Assembly: GCA_964247055.1 (NCBI GenBank)
Contig: OZ176051.1
Span: 12,586,001-12,650,000, forward strand
Direction of reading: 5' to 3'
DNA length: 64,000 nucleotides
From: Paragordius varius
Lineage: Eukaryota; Animalia; Nematomorpha
The notes below the pieces were generated by a model, which saw only the letters and a program-made list of their open reading frames with translations, searched no databases and was not told the DNA's origin. Numbering within the stretch: position 1 is the stretch's first letter; the number at the start of each line of letters is the position of its first letter. Shown here in pieces: positions 22,279 through 35,399 of the stretch. The position numbers were made by a program, and so were the translations under genes.

Positions 22279-22889
22279 TGTAATAATAATAATAAATAAC
22301 CTTATAATTTAAACCAAGAAAGAATTTTTCTTGCCATTCTTTTTTATTAGCATTAGATGTCATCATTTGAATTTATGTTTCAATATTAAGTAAATTTTTC
22401 CAAAAAATAGGAATATAATTTGAATAACGCTATAAAAAACAGTTAATTATGTTGATAAAAATATTTTATGGGAATGAGTTATAAAAAATAATGCAGGATA
22501 GCAATGAAAAGAATATATATATACTTAAATACAAAAAAAGAATGCAATAAAAATTTCAAAATAGAAAAGAAAATAGAATGCAAAAACAGAAACAACGTGC
22601 GCCAAAATTTTGAAATCATTTTAATGTATGGAAATTTTCTACATTTCGAATGGAGTAAAAAATAACAATTACTAAAATTAAATGTAAAGAAAATAAAATA
22701 TTAAAATAAGCGAAAATTCGTTTAAGTGTATTTTAAAAAAATTCATCAATAAAAAAATTTAAGTATCAATGTGGTCAAAGGGCAATTTTAAAGCGCTCTT
22801 AGGGCCGCGGTTTGAGTACCACTGATAAACTGTTTATACCGTTTGAAGCTTCAAAATACCATCTACATAGGATATAAAATCGCGGGTTA

Positions 22890-23995
22890 TATAAAATATT
22901 CCTGATGATATAAAAATTATAGAAAGATGTATTCGGATTATTATAGTGCTTTTGGTTTTGCCCCTTCCGAGGGATGTAAGAAAGTTATTTATATGGACGC
23001 TCCATATCAAGAAAATTACAAAATTAGCGCACATTTTATTTTTTTAGTGAAAGCTAATGCTAATTTCAAAAGATCTCGCTAAATCATAATCTACATATTA
23101 ACAAAACAATAATTTTAAAAAATACAATGTTGGAATGCTAAGTCCCAAATGTTACGCTCTAAAATGGTCTAATTCTCTTAAAACGCTAAAATGCCCCGAA
23201 TGAGAGATAAAAATTTAAGTCAAGCTAAATTTTGTTATCAATTAAAAATTTATACAAATACCTACTTTTTTTAAAAATTTAATTATAATTTGGTTAAAAT
23301 ATTTTGATATTATTTTAAGGAAACGTTTCAAAATTAAAAAATGCTTAAGATGCTATAAAACACTTCTTATTTATAATTCGATGAAGTTGAACAATCGCTT
23401 CAGAATTTAATTTAAATCATTTCTTTCAAATTTTAGCATGTAAAAAACACATTTTATATTATACATTTGGAGACGACTAGATATAATTAATTAAAATGAG
23501 TTGATATGAATGTTCATTGAATTATGCGGAAAAAGTTTTTTTTTTCATATCTTAGAACGTATTTTTGTTACGCCAAAATAGTATACCGCTACCAAAATTT
23601 TGTCATTAATTTAATTTTAAATATTTTTTTCTGGCAAATTATTTATTATTGTCAAAGTTTAGCCTATATTTATAATTATTATTGCTCAATCTCTGTCTTT
23701 TTGTTTTTATTTTAAAAAAAATACCCATTTTATAACGGTGAAAAAATTAGGGATTTTGGAGTCCATAAAATTTAAATTTTAAAAACTATTTTGCTTTATA
23801 TATGTAATTTTGATTTTCAGTGATATTTTTTGGAATTAAGGATTTAGCTTTTACTATATTTAACAATGTGCGCAAACTTCGCCATATTTTGGAAGGGGCA
23901 CTTACCCCAAAAGTTAAATACTTTCACTTATAAAGGTAAAAATCAAAATAATTATGATACATTATCTTATATATTTTTCATCAGGATATTTTTTG
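22890..23995. repeat. Diverged inverted repeat pair (~22890-23150 / ~23760-23995) of the foldback-like family; paralogue ~44140-45150
   Basis: ATATTCCTGATG...GCGCACATT...AAAGCTAA on + strand is mirrored by TTAGCTTTT...AATGTGCGC...CATCAGGATAT. Confidence 0.6.
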
Positions 23996-25012
23996 TTTAC
24001 AATGGGTATAGTTCATTTCACCAAAGTTTTGCTATAAATAAAATTTTTATGCGAAATTTTTACTTTTTCGGAAAATATTTATCGCACAATATCGATTTAG
24101 CGTTTATATAGTTTTTTAAGTGAAACAGATTAGTTAGCTTTCACCAATTTTTTTTAAAATACATTTTGATATATAGCAATTACCACAAAAAATAATAATT
24201 TTCGCACCACCAAAATGATATTATCTACAGAGCCATATATTTTATCAGGATAACTTTGTTTGTGCGCTCTGCATGCACAAAATGGTATTCATTAATATTT
24301 TCTTAAAATGGAGTTATTCAATCATAAAAAATATTTTATGTTGTTTTATACTGTAAAAAAAAGTTAACATTTTACACAATCGGATCGAATTTTAAACAAT
24401 ATGAGGAGGTACTTATCAGGATATAAATATAAATAATCTTTAAAATACTAATTGTTTAATATCGTTTTAATGATGTGTTTAAATAGTGAAAAATTAACTT
24501 ATTTAAAATATAAATGACCAAAACTATGTTTTTTTAAAAAAACATTATGTAAATCTTATTATAATCTAGGCTCGTTTAAACCATTTAACCAAGTACAAAA
24601 ATGTAAGATTTTAATTTACTTAACATATTTAAAAAGTCTCTGTCACAAAATATCAATCCAATTATAATTAATATATCATTTTCACTTCTAAAGTCTTTAA
24701 ACATTTATAATTGTCTTTGCGCATTTTAGACTGTCCGTTACACTTTAAGTTGGTTTTAAGCAGTTGAATTGGTGCTTAAACATTTAGACATTTTAAGATA
24801 CTGATTTTATTTTTATTTAATTTCAATATATTAATTCAAATTTTTGAATCATTTTTTTTCATTTATTAAATTAAAAACTAAAAAATATAAATAAAAAATA
24901 TTAATAAATAAAGATATCAGGTTAAAAACTTGTAAGATGGGGCTACATGTAAAAGGAAATATTTATTGTGTATATAATAAACAAGGTTGGTAATATATAA
25001 ATATATATATAC

Positions 25013-25243
25013 CATTTCCCAGTCTAAATAAACGTTTTCCCAGTCAATCGAAACATTTTCCCAGTCTATCGAAACGTTTTCCCAGTCAATCGAAACATTT
25101 TCCCAGTCAATCGAAACGTTTTCCCAGTCAATCGAAACATTTTCCCAGTCAATAAAAACGTTTTCCCAGTCAATCGAAACGTTTTCTCAGTCAATCGAAA
25201 CGTTTTCCCAGTCAATAAAAACGTTTTCCCAGTCAATAAAAAC
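25013..25243 (+). repeat. 11 x 21-bp tandem array in the left TIR
   Basis: Unit TTTTCCCAGTCAAT(CG/AA)AAAC(A/G), head-to-tail with no spacers. Confidence 0.93.
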
Positions 25244-25958
25244 GGTTTTATTTTTGATAATAAATATCAAAACAAGATACAAAAATAACTTTTAACCATT
25301 ATCAGCGTAATATTAGGATATTATTTTGCAAAAAAACACAATTTTCCCCTTATATTTCACTACACAATCTTTGAACTTATCTTTGAAAGCTATATTTTAT
25401 TAGCTGGATGAGTATGGTTTTTGAGATTTTTTGAAGAAAATTAATAATTTATTTTTATCAATCGTTCGCATTTATATTCGGGGCTAACCTAAAATATCTA
25501 AAATTTCGAATTGAATTATAAAATTTAAATGTATTAACTCTTTACAATCAAAAGGAAACCTTTCAACTTTGTCCTTGATCAAAATACTGTTTTAAAGAAT
25601 AATTATACGATGAAAAAGTTGATTTTAATAAAAAAATATATTGGATAAAATACAAATACATAATATTATGGTACGCAAGTTTATGTTAATTTGAGATGTT
25701 TAAGTATGAAATTTTAATGTTTAAGGGCTAACCTGAAATGCAAATGGTATATAATTTGATTACTTATATACAATGCAGCGATTAAGTTTTAGATACGAGT
25801 TGTTAATTTTTCTGTGACTATCTGGTGTGCAATATTGTAATTATATACCATTATTTTCTCGTCTGCTTTTAATTTATTGGATAAAAACCTTACGTTGATT
25901 ATTTTGCCTACATCAAATTATCTATATAAGGTTCATTTTATTTAGTAATATTTTAGTA

Positions 25959-26983
25959 ATGTCAGTAACAGAAATCAAGAAAAAATTAGTTATATCTTAA
26001 CAAGAAAAGCGATTAGTAAAACGAGTTTTTTTGATGGAGAATGGACTGTGGATGTATCAAAGGATTTAGATATAAACTATAATACTGCTCGTCAAATTAT
26101 GTATAAATATAAAAAAACAATAGTTCAGAAATTCTAACTCGTGGAGGCACTAAAAATAAAAAAATTACGGAAGATATTATGCATTTCATAGATAATAAAC
26201 TAACTTATCAGCGGTCATTAACAATTAACCAGTTAAAAAATTTTTTGGAAGATGAACAAAAAATAAAATTATATAAATCCTCTATAGACCCAGTAATCAA
26301 ATCCTTAAAAATAACTTTGAAGTTAGCCCATCATCTTGAAAAAGTCAATGATCCTCAAATAATAGATTTAAGGAAAAAATACGCAATATGGTTTTCACAA
26401 TCTTTCTCCGATGACTTAACAAATATTATTTATTTGGATGAATGCGGTTATAATAACCATATTAGAAGAAGCCAAGGTCGACTCCAAAAGTGGCACGAGA
26501 GCCAATATTGTGGTGCCTAGCGTAAAAGGCAGAAACATCACTTTTATTAAAGCTCTGTCATTAAGAGGTATGGTTTATTACGAAATAGAAAGCCAAAGAA
26601 CAGTCAATTCCCAACGCTTTACAAGTTTTTTTGATGGACTTTGTGAATATTTAAAGCGGGACGATATTTAATATCATTTTATTATGGACAATGCACGGAT
26701 TCATAAAAAAAATGAATTAAAAGGTAGAGCCTATTTATACAAATACAAAATTGATTTTTTGTCCCCGTACATTAATATGTTAAATCCAATCGAAATGGCA
26801 TTTTCAAAAATGAAAAATTTTGTCCGACAAAATATTATATTAAATAATATGAATGCGAATGTGGAATTAGTGAATCTGATAAAATTGGCAGCGGGCTCCA
26901 TAACATCGGAGGGTAGCAGAAATTATTTTGAAAATATAATGACAAATATGGTAAAGGCGGCAGCCGGTTTACCTTATATGTGA
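25959..26983 (+). pseudogene. DD34E transposase, frameshifted
   Basis: IIYLDECGYN ... MDNARIHK-(34 residues from D)-NPIE...FSKMK. HTH-like piece near 26050-26110. Split across several frames. Confidence 0.9.
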
Positions 26984-27264
26984 TCTTTTTATAACATATA
27001 CAATAAATGAAAATCATTTTTTAATATATTATCTCAATTTGTCTCTTTAATAAAATCAAACAATGATTGATTTATTCAGGTGTATGTACAGTAATAATTC
27101 AACTTTTTAAAAATAAGTCATTAAAAAATGTGTAGTGGAAATATGGGAAAAATTGTCATTCAATAATTGTGTTTTCTTGCAAAATAATATCCTAATATTA
27201 CGCTGATAATGGTTAAAAGTTATTTTTGTATCTTGTTTTGATATTTATTATCAAAAATAAAACC

Positions 27265-27495
27265 GTTTTTATTGACTGGGAAAACGTTTTTATTGACTGG
27301 GAAAACGTTTCGAATGACTGAGAAAACGTTTCGATTGACTGGGAAAACGTTTTTATTGACTGGGAAAATGTTTCGATTGACTGGGAAAACGTTTCGATTG
27401 ACTGGGAAAATGTTTCGATTGACTGGGAAAACGTTTTGATTGACTGGGAAAATGTTTCGATTGACTGGGAAAACGTTTATTTAGACTGGGAAATG
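27265..27495 (-). repeat. 11 x 21-bp tandem array in the right TIR
   Basis: Mirror image of the left array, including the single CTCAG variant in unit 9. Confidence 0.93.
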
Positions 27496-27624
27496 GTATA
27501 TCACATCGGGCTGGTATAATATATATATATATATATATATATGCGCCTAACTTAATGTGTATAAATGTATTCGAATTCATAGGGGGTAAAATGCCTGCAA
27601 TACGGTTTTTTCAATAATATAATC

Positions 27625-30319
27625 CAGGGGTGGCCAACGAGGTGACCGCGACAACTCAAAAAGTGACCGCCTGAAAATATTTTTTTTTAAAAAATTTTAT
27701 TGATTTTTTTCGGATAGTTGGCTACTTCTGAGCGAATTTAAATTTAAAATACAAAAAAATACGGTTTAAATTAAAAAAAAACGTCTAAGAAAAGGGTGTA
27801 AAAAAATTATTTTATTAATTATAATTCATATGTTTTGGAGCATTTGCATTAAAACTTAAAATCAGTCATTTCCCTTGAATATATCAAAACTTTGAGCAAA
27901 GCTTATTCATAAATCAGAAGCATAATCGTGAAGTTAGATTTGATTTGATACACCAAAAGTAGGTTTTTAAAACTTATATTTTAGAATGAGCCAAAAAAGT
28001 TGTACAGATACAAGAAAGATTGGGAGCATGAATACTCTTTTATTATGATAAATGAAACATGCACCTGTCTAATATGCAATAGTACTGTTGCTTTGCCCAA
28101 AAAGTCAAATATTGAAAGACATTATAGATCTCTGCATCCACATTACTCCAAACACTACCCCTTACAAACTCAAGAACGCAACATTAAAGTAAAGGAATTA
28201 AAAGAACAATTATCCGCCTCACAAAATAGCATACTTTCAACAAAGACTATAAAAATGCTACGATTGCTTCATTCAAGGTAGCGGAAATACTCATTCGGAA
28301 CAATAAGCCATTTAAGATGGTGAAATATTTAAAGAAGCCTTTATTAGCGCTTATGATATTTTATTTGAAAATTTTGATAACAAAAATAATATTATGACAG
28401 CTATTAAAAGCATAAGCTTATCGAGAAATACCGTTATGCGCAGGGCTGAAGATATTAGTAATAATCTTGATGAAATTTTACATGAAAATATTAATAACTG
28501 TATTGCAACTCGATGAGTCCACCGATTATGTTGGAATCGCCCAATTATGCATTTTCATTCGTATGACATTTAGTGATTTATCTGCAAAGGAGGAATTATT
28601 AACTATAATACCTCTCCACGAACGAACCAGAGGGCAGGATATTTTTGATTCTTTTTATAAATTTATCACAGATACGAAACTTCCCATCGTAAAACCCGCA
28701 TCTATAACTACTGATGGAGCTCCAGCTATGATTGGCGTTAACAACGGCTTTATCTCTTTATGTAAAAATCACAGTGCATTTCCCAAGTTCATTGATTACC
28801 ATTGTATAATCCATAATCAAGTTTCATGTTCAAAAGTTTTAAAATACCATCATGTAATGAACCCCTGTTTTAAAATTGTTAACGCCATTCTAACAAAAAG
28901 CTTGTCCCGCCGCCAATTTCGAATTTTGTTAAATGAGTGCGGCGTGGAATATGGAGAACTTTTATTACATACTGATGTAAGGTGGTTGAGTCGTGCCGCA
29001 TTTTTAATTAGATTTAGGCAACTTTTACCACAAATAGAAATTTTTTTAGAGAATTCTAAATTTTCATACCCTGAATTGAAAGATCAAGATTGGCTGCTTG
29101 ATCTTGCATTTTTATGCGATATCACGGAAAAATTGCATAAATTAAACATCCAATTACAAGGAAAAGATAAAACAATAATGGATATGATGGGTGCTTTAAA
29201 ATCTTTTAAGGAAACACTAACAGTAGTAGAAACACAATTAAAAAACCGAGATTTAAAACATTTTTTTAATCTGGCAGCGGTGTCTGAAAAAATAGAGAAT
29301 CTCTCTTTTGAAAAATATGCAGATGATATTGGTCTGCTTATTAATGATTTTGAAAAACGATTTTCATCTATAAATAAACTTGAAGACATCGCTATTTTTT
29401 TATCATGCCCATTTAATAATAATAATAATGTTGAATATATTGCTCAAAAACTCAGCCACTTTCTTAGTGTACCAAATTTAGCAGAGTTGGAAGAGGAATT
29501 AATAAATGTTAAATGCGATATCCATCTAAAATCATTAGGATCAGATATATATAAATTTATAAATAAAGATAAATACCCCCATATTTGGAAAACCGCTGCA
29601 TTATTCAATTCTTTTTTTGGATCCACATATTTATGTGAATCGGCTTTTTCAATTATGAATGCTATCAAAACTAAACAGAGGTCACAATTAACTAATAAAC
29701 ATTTAGAATCATGTTTGAGAATTGCTTTGACTTCATTTGAACCTAATTTAGATAAACTTTCTGAATTTTTTCGCAGTCGGGCGTTTTAAATATTTTTTTC
29801 TTTATTAAATATGGATGTTTATCGAGTTGTATTTTCGCTTAATAAAAAGCCGATTTACTAAAAAATATGTGGATAGAATTAAAACTGATACAATTTTAAT
29901 GTACTCTTATTTATGTTCAAATTATGGTTCTAAATTGGAATGATATTTTTTATTTCTTTTATTTTTTGTATCATAATGTATTCTCCCCTGTAATTTCAAA
30001 TGCATTGTTTAAATTTTTATATTGTAAAATTTCATATAATAGAAATTTAATAAATAAATATTTTGAAGTGTTTTATGTTGGTTAAAAAATTAAGGTAGTT
30101 AATAACCCGTTGTCTTTTAATTAAAATTATTTTTGTATTTGGTTGATAGATAAAAAAATTACAATTTTAAAATGGTTTAAACAAGTCACTCTAATCTGTA
30201 AAGCAGGTATATACATCATTTAAAGTGTTGATTGAGTTTTTTTGATAACTATTTCTGGGTGACCGCGAACACTTTTTTTAACAAAAAAACTCGCGACAAA
30301 AAAAGTGTGGCCACCCCTG
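27625..30319 (+). mobile_element. Complete Buster/SPIN/GTF2IRD2-type hAT element
   Basis: TIR CAGGGGTGGCCA / TGGCCACCCCTG; perfect 8-bp TSD ATATAATC (NNNTANNN). Empty site at ~49745. Confidence 0.95.
27986..29789 (+). pseudogene. hAT transposase with N-terminal frameshifts; 28467-29789 open
   Basis: Zinc-finger CLIC..KKSNIERHY; LQLDESTD, ITTDGAPAMIG, HCIIH, VRWLSR, FGSTYLCESAFS. Confidence 0.92.
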
Positions 30320-30699
30320 ATATAATCTATATATTTATAAAAATAGAAAATACTGACTTTATGATCTGTTTCCGGAAAACTGGTAGACCCATTCAAATCC
30401 AAATCTCGAAAAAATATAGTCATTAATGAATGCCCTGACAATAGCTTCGCCTATTTTTGAATTAGGTCGCTAGTTCGGCCCCACCCCGTGTAAAAAACGG
30501 TTTTTTTTGAAAACAGAAGTCCACAAAAATTGGGTCTGTGAGACAATTTTGTGGAAAAAGTGTTGGACCACTCGATTTTAAATATGATTTTTTTACTTAT
30601 TTTCGATTGCGCCGAACATAGTCGGCTCACCTTTTAATTTAGGCCCTCTTTTTACCCGCTCTCCCAGTAAAATGTAATTTTTTTAAAAAAAGTCCACAA

Positions 30700-32050
30700 A
30701 AATAATTTTTTGAATTTATTTTTTGCCCAAGGTACGAGACCGTATAAAATTCAATGAGGATTGCAGGTATTCCCTGTTATAAGGCAAAAATTTTAGTCGT
30801 GGGTGTTTCTTATATTGGCTGCTGGGTAAGGAGATACCCGCTAAAATCTGCCCGTCATATGGAAATACCGTACCCTTGGAGCTAAATTTTAAATTTATAA
30901 GACCATATGAGCCGTTAATTAGGCCTTTCACGCCCTGAAAAATGCGCCACCATAGAATGCTTTTTCAGTTGAGGCAATTTTTCCAAAAACTAATGAGAGC
31001 ATATGGAATCAATCATGATTCTAGATATTCTCCGTAAAAATGGAAAATTTTAATATGCTTTTATTGTATCAGCCTCTGGGAAGGGAGCTAACCTCCTAAA
31101 ACTGCGCCACCATATCTAAATTGCGTTGTTTAGGAGTTAATTTGTAGATGACCTATCAGGCCATATAAATTTAATAAGGCCTATAATATTAACTGTAAAA
31201 AATTTAGTAGGTCGGTTTTTCTATTAGCCGTTAATTAGGCCCTTTACGCCTTAAAAAATGCGTTATCACTGAACTATTATTTAGTTTTGACATTCCAAAA
31301 ACTATTAAGAACATATGGAATAAATGATGATTCCAGGTATTCTCCTATAAAGCCAAAAAATTTTATCGAACGTCTTTTTTATATTGGCCTCTGGGTAGGG
31401 GCCTACCCGCCTACAACTGCGCTCATATCGATACAGCTGGGTTTGGAGGCAAATTTTAGAAAACTTATTAGGCCATATGAGTTCAATAAGGGCCTGAAAT
31501 ATTACCCGTAAAAAGGCAAAAATTCAAGTCGAGCGGTTTTATTAAATTACTCCTTAATTAGGCTCTTGTCCTGAAAAATGCGCTATATAGAATGACTTTG
31601 AGGCAATTTTTCGAATATCCCACGAGAGCATATAGAATCAATCATAAATCCAGGTATACCCGAATTAAGGCAAAAATTTTAATCTAACGTTTTTTGTTTC
31701 CCCCCTGGATAGGGGGCTACCCGCGTAAAACGTCATATTACCATTAGGTAGTGTCGAGGTATTTTTTCGAATAAACCATGAAACAATGGTATCGAAGACG
31801 ATTCTAAATATTTACCCTATAAAAGCAAAGAAGTTAACCCGGCGCTTTTTCCACATAGGTCTATGGGTAGGGGTCTACCGGTTTAAAACTGAGACGCCAT
31901 CCGAAAATGGCGTGGTTTTGGAGCTTATTTTCAATAACTTAAGAAGCCATACGAGTTCAATAAAGGCTTTAAATAATACCCATAAAGAGGTAAAAATTAT
32001 AGTATAGCGGTTTTTCCGTTAGCCGTCAATTTGGGGCCTTCAAACCAATA
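30700..32050. repeat. Degenerate ~320-bp tandem repeat, 4-5 units; paralogue ~50110-51500
   Basis: TTAATTAGGC(C/T)...AAAAATGCG recurs near 30916, 31230 and 31555 (variant near 32025), with GCCATA(T/C)GAGTTCAATAA and GGGTAGGGG.CTACC motifs. Confidence 0.65.
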
Positions 32051-32439
32051 AAAAATATATTAGTATGAATGCACAGTTTTGAAAATTCTTGAAACACCGT
32101 TTTGAAAATCCTATGAGATGATAACTATTAAATAATGTTTCGAAATAATTCATTGTTGAGCCCTTTCTTCAAATAGCGACTTCGCAGGCTCCAATCCAAT
32201 TGTTTGTAAGCCATAGTATCTACTCCATAAGGACAAACTCATTACAGTGATCAACTGCATCACAGGTTATGCATTTATGTTTTATAGAAATTTTACAAAT
32301 GTGTGTAAGTCAAACCTCTTTACTCCATAAGTACAAAATTATACATGTCTTTTTTTATTATTTACATACCAGATGTCAAAAATAAAGCTTTTTTTGCACG
32401 GTGTACCCAATAATTGACTCTCAAACCCGATCAACAATA

Positions 32440-33990
32440 TGTTTTTGTGGTTATTTTTCGCCAAAATTATGAGATCACGCGTATAAAGGCAAAATATTTG
32501 CCGCCCAAGAAGTCCGAAGGACTTCCGCGAGCTGTGTAGCAGCCCGAGCTTTATGCTAATATTATATAAAACGATGGTTGCGAAGTTATCCACTTATATA
32601 GTAAATACATAAAACGTTCATGCAAATGAGCTATTAATCTCTTTCGAAACGAGTTGGTAATAAATGTCAGTTGCAACTACATCACTTCCCTTTTCTAACG
32701 CGGACGGGTTTCTGACAGGTTCCCGTTAGGTACCGTCTTTCCTAGAATTTTGTAGGATAGCTGGTCGCCGTAGGTCCTTGGTATTATTATTGTTTAGACT
32801 TGTGACTGTCTGGGTAATCGATTCGGTTATGTTATTGTGGGTTATCGTGTTGTGTGGTTTAATTCAGCTGTTATAATATCAACCTGACAGTGGTTATGTC
32901 CTCATAACTTGTGTTGCTTGATGTGGTTAGACGCTGTTGTGGCTGGTGTATTGTGTTGCTTGATGTGGTTAGTTGTTGTTGTGGCTGGGGCATGATACGA
33001 TCGTGTTTTCTCACGAGTTTCTTCCGTTCTTTGTCCAAATAGCTCTGTACGGTCGTGATCTCTCCGGCGTGCCAGCCTGGACTTAGCTCATTTTTGATTA
33101 TTACTGGGTCATTAATCGCAAACTAACGTCGGGGGCCGGTGCCTCTAATAACCTCGCTCTACTATTTAACCAGGTTAGGGGCTATAGGGTGTTCGTTTGA
33201 ACATTAATTAAGCCGGGGTTTCTTTAGTTGGCTAGTGTTAAAAACTTCGTGGGTGGATATCGCACTATTTTTTATTCTGTTGTTATTTTTTATCGTACCT
33301 ACTAACCTTTCTATCATCCCATTACTTTTGAAATGGTAGGGGGAAACTTTACTCATTAATAAAATGATGCGTTATCGATCACTATCTCTCTTGCAAACCC
33401 TGCAAAAATTTCTTCTAGTTTGTGGATTACATTCGCTGCGGTTACCTTTTTCAAAATAAACCCATGTGCCCATTTACGCTATCGATTCTCAACAACCAAC
33501 CGGTCCGGCTATATAGATATGCGAACGCTCCCACACAGCAAAATTATGATTCCACTGATAAGTGGAATTCTGAGTTACATTTAGTACGTTGGCAAGAATC
33601 GTGCAGACTACTGGCTTTTAGCAGGTCGTTTTCTCTCTGGCCAATTACACGTATATCTTGTTATTTTCTTTCATAGTCTCTACGTTGTTATGACCGTGTA
33701 GGTATCTCACCACCTCCTTTTGGAAAGGCCTTGGGTTTATAATCCGATCATTTAAACTTAACAAGTCATATGCCAACTCGACTTTATGGTTTACAAACTT
33801 TTCTAGTTCTGGATAACTCCAGTCATGGATGTTAAACTCTTTAATTACTTTTTTGGAATACCGGATCTAACGCGATTTCTTTTCGAATTTCATATCTGCT
33901 TAACGTGATGACATTTGAAAATCTCAGGTTAACCGCATCTTCATCATAGGCATCGATCTCCTCATTGGCCATCTCTATAAATCAGCTCTA
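32440..33990 (-). mobile_element. Old gypsy remnant (integrase, PPT, probable 3' LTR 32440-32681)
   Basis: Zinc-finger-like HGHNNVETMKE...WP near 33600-33690. PPT AGAAAAGGGAAG at 32685-32696; TG...CA bounded segment. The paralogue translates APYHPKSNGMIERLV. Confidence 0.68.
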
Positions 33991-34019
33991 ATCCTTTTTG
34001 GTGACTTGATACATAATCG

Positions 34020-34767
34020 TAGGGCTTGGAACCGGAAACGCATGGAACCGGAACCAGGTTCCTGGGATTTTAACAAGAACCTGTTCCATTGGGATGGAAC
34101 CAACGCGGTTTTGATTCCAACCGTTTAGAACCAACCCGGTTCCACCCCCTTTATGATTTTTATTATAAAATTTTATTTTATTATTTAAATTTGATTGTAC
34201 CACTACACATTAAGTACTTCAAACTTCAAACCCAAAACTAAGCGCCTAATATTATATTAGCGATACTTTTTGAATTTCGGGCGATTTGGCTGTTTTAAAA
34301 AAAACTAATAGTCATAACATAAGTTTATTTATAATACACATGCTAGTATATATTGGTCTCCGCTGAAAGAATTTTTTTAACCTGTAATTTATTTTCAGAC
34401 TTGAGAAGCAGGGTGACCAGCAAATTGCTTGGTGCAAAATTTTTAAAGTAAAGTAAAGATTTTTCTTCATTTAACACTCATTATATACCTTTGTACTTAA
34501 ACATTTATATTTTTATAATTGTTTTATTTAGCTTCACTATATTTCTTTCACTAAACATTTGGCAATTTACAATAAATTGTTTGATTTATAATGTTAATAT
34601 TTTGGTTGTATTATTATTATTATAATTTTGTAAGAAATCATTTAATCAAAAGTCAGGAACCGAAAATGGAACCGCTAAATTTTTGAGGAACCAACGCGGT
34701 TCCTGTTCCATTTGCAGGAACCACCCCGGTTATGGTTCCACTTTTTTTGAACCGGTTTCAAGCCCTG
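34020..34767. mobile_element. Non-autonomous hAT MITE, 748 bp, inserted before the segmental duplication
   Basis: TIR (C)AGGGCTTG(G/A)AACCGG; degenerate 8-bp TSD CATAATCG/CTAAATCG; many subterminal GGAACC motifs. Present at the same site in unit 2. Confidence 0.82.
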
Positions 34768-35399
34768 CTAAATCGTATTCATTTATTTTAATCCATCTTA
34801 GCACTTTAGCATTAATTTCTTTTAAGTGATCTCTACTAATTAACTTTACTTGGTAAATGATCAGTTAATTTACAATTTTTTTACTTAATATAAAACTATG
34901 AAACTTTTTTAGCGCAAACAATATTGCATTCAATTTTTTCTCAGCGGAGTAATTCCGTTCGGCGTTGGTGCATTTTTGCGAGGCATGCGCTATCGGTACC
35001 CTTATTATCCTCATGACGTAAAATGCACCTGAATCCTAAATCTGACGCATCCGTTTATATTAACAATTCCTATTAGGATTATATGGTTTTAAAAACACTT
35101 TTCGCTTAACAAATTCTTAACTGCTATCCATCTTTATCATGTTCCTCGGTCCAAGACCAACTCGTATTTATACTATTTAATTCATGAGGGACCGACTATC
35201 ATTTATTTTGGTATAAAACATTTAGGAAACATCAAACCTAAAAAACTAAGTAACGACTTCTTATCCATTGCCACTTTAAATTTCTTAATTGCCTTGATTT
35301 TGCTTTTACATGGGCTTATGTCTCTTTTTATATTTCAAATCCTAAATAACTGATTCTGCACCTATCATTATTTTATGTTCCAATCTGAATCCGTTCTTA

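Larger units (their letters stand above)
15059..22294 (+). mobile_element. Full-length RTE-clade LINE (~3.4 kb without the nested LTR element)
   Basis: ~20-bp TSD AATAACCTTATAATTT(T/A)AAC at 15039-15058 and 22295-22314. ~490-bp 5' UTR, APE then RT domains, and a 3' (TAA)n tail. Confidence 0.93.
13179..22824 (-). mobile_element. Buster/SPIN-type hAT element interrupted by a full-length RTE LINE
   Basis: Perfect 12-bp TIR CAGTGGTACTCA (13179-13190 / 22813-22824). Transposase remnants such as LLYTAVRWLSLSKVLKRF (13984-14292). Flanks rejoin to the empty site seen near 44070 and 60145; the TSD is degenerate (ATAAAG/ATAAAC). Confidence 0.88.
25012..27496 (+). mobile_element. Tc1/IS630-like DD34E DNA transposon with ~355-bp TIRs and TA target duplication
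   Basis: Ends CCATTTCCCAGTCTAAAT / ATTTAGACTGGGAAATGG, each flanked by TA. TIR similarity extends to ~25366 / ~27130. The empty site TATATCACATCGGGCTGG is at ~49610. Confidence 0.93.

Noticed and set aside
22834-24111. Short 60-90 aa ORFs in AT-rich repeats (and similar ones at 30220-32593, 45055-45847, 61134-63825)
   Set aside because: No motifs, not preserved between paralogous units, and expected by chance with alternative start codons.
25013-25243. Regular 21-bp repeats (also 27265-27495) resembling a CRISPR array
   Set aside because: The units are contiguous with no unique spacers, are mirrored as part of transposon TIRs, have no cas genes nearby, and lie in a eukaryotic context.
25959-26983. 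Bacterial IS630 or contamination
   Set aside because: TA-flanked insertion into a host duplicated unit whose empty site is present at ~49610; DD34E elements of this superfamily are widespread in eukaryotes.
27353-27580. 75-aa ORF with SQSK(H/R)FP repeats
   Set aside because: Translation of the 21-bp TIR array running into a (TA)n tract.
29084-29668. Minus-strand ORFs 29084-29389 and 29444-29668
   Set aside because: Antisense to the hAT transposase.
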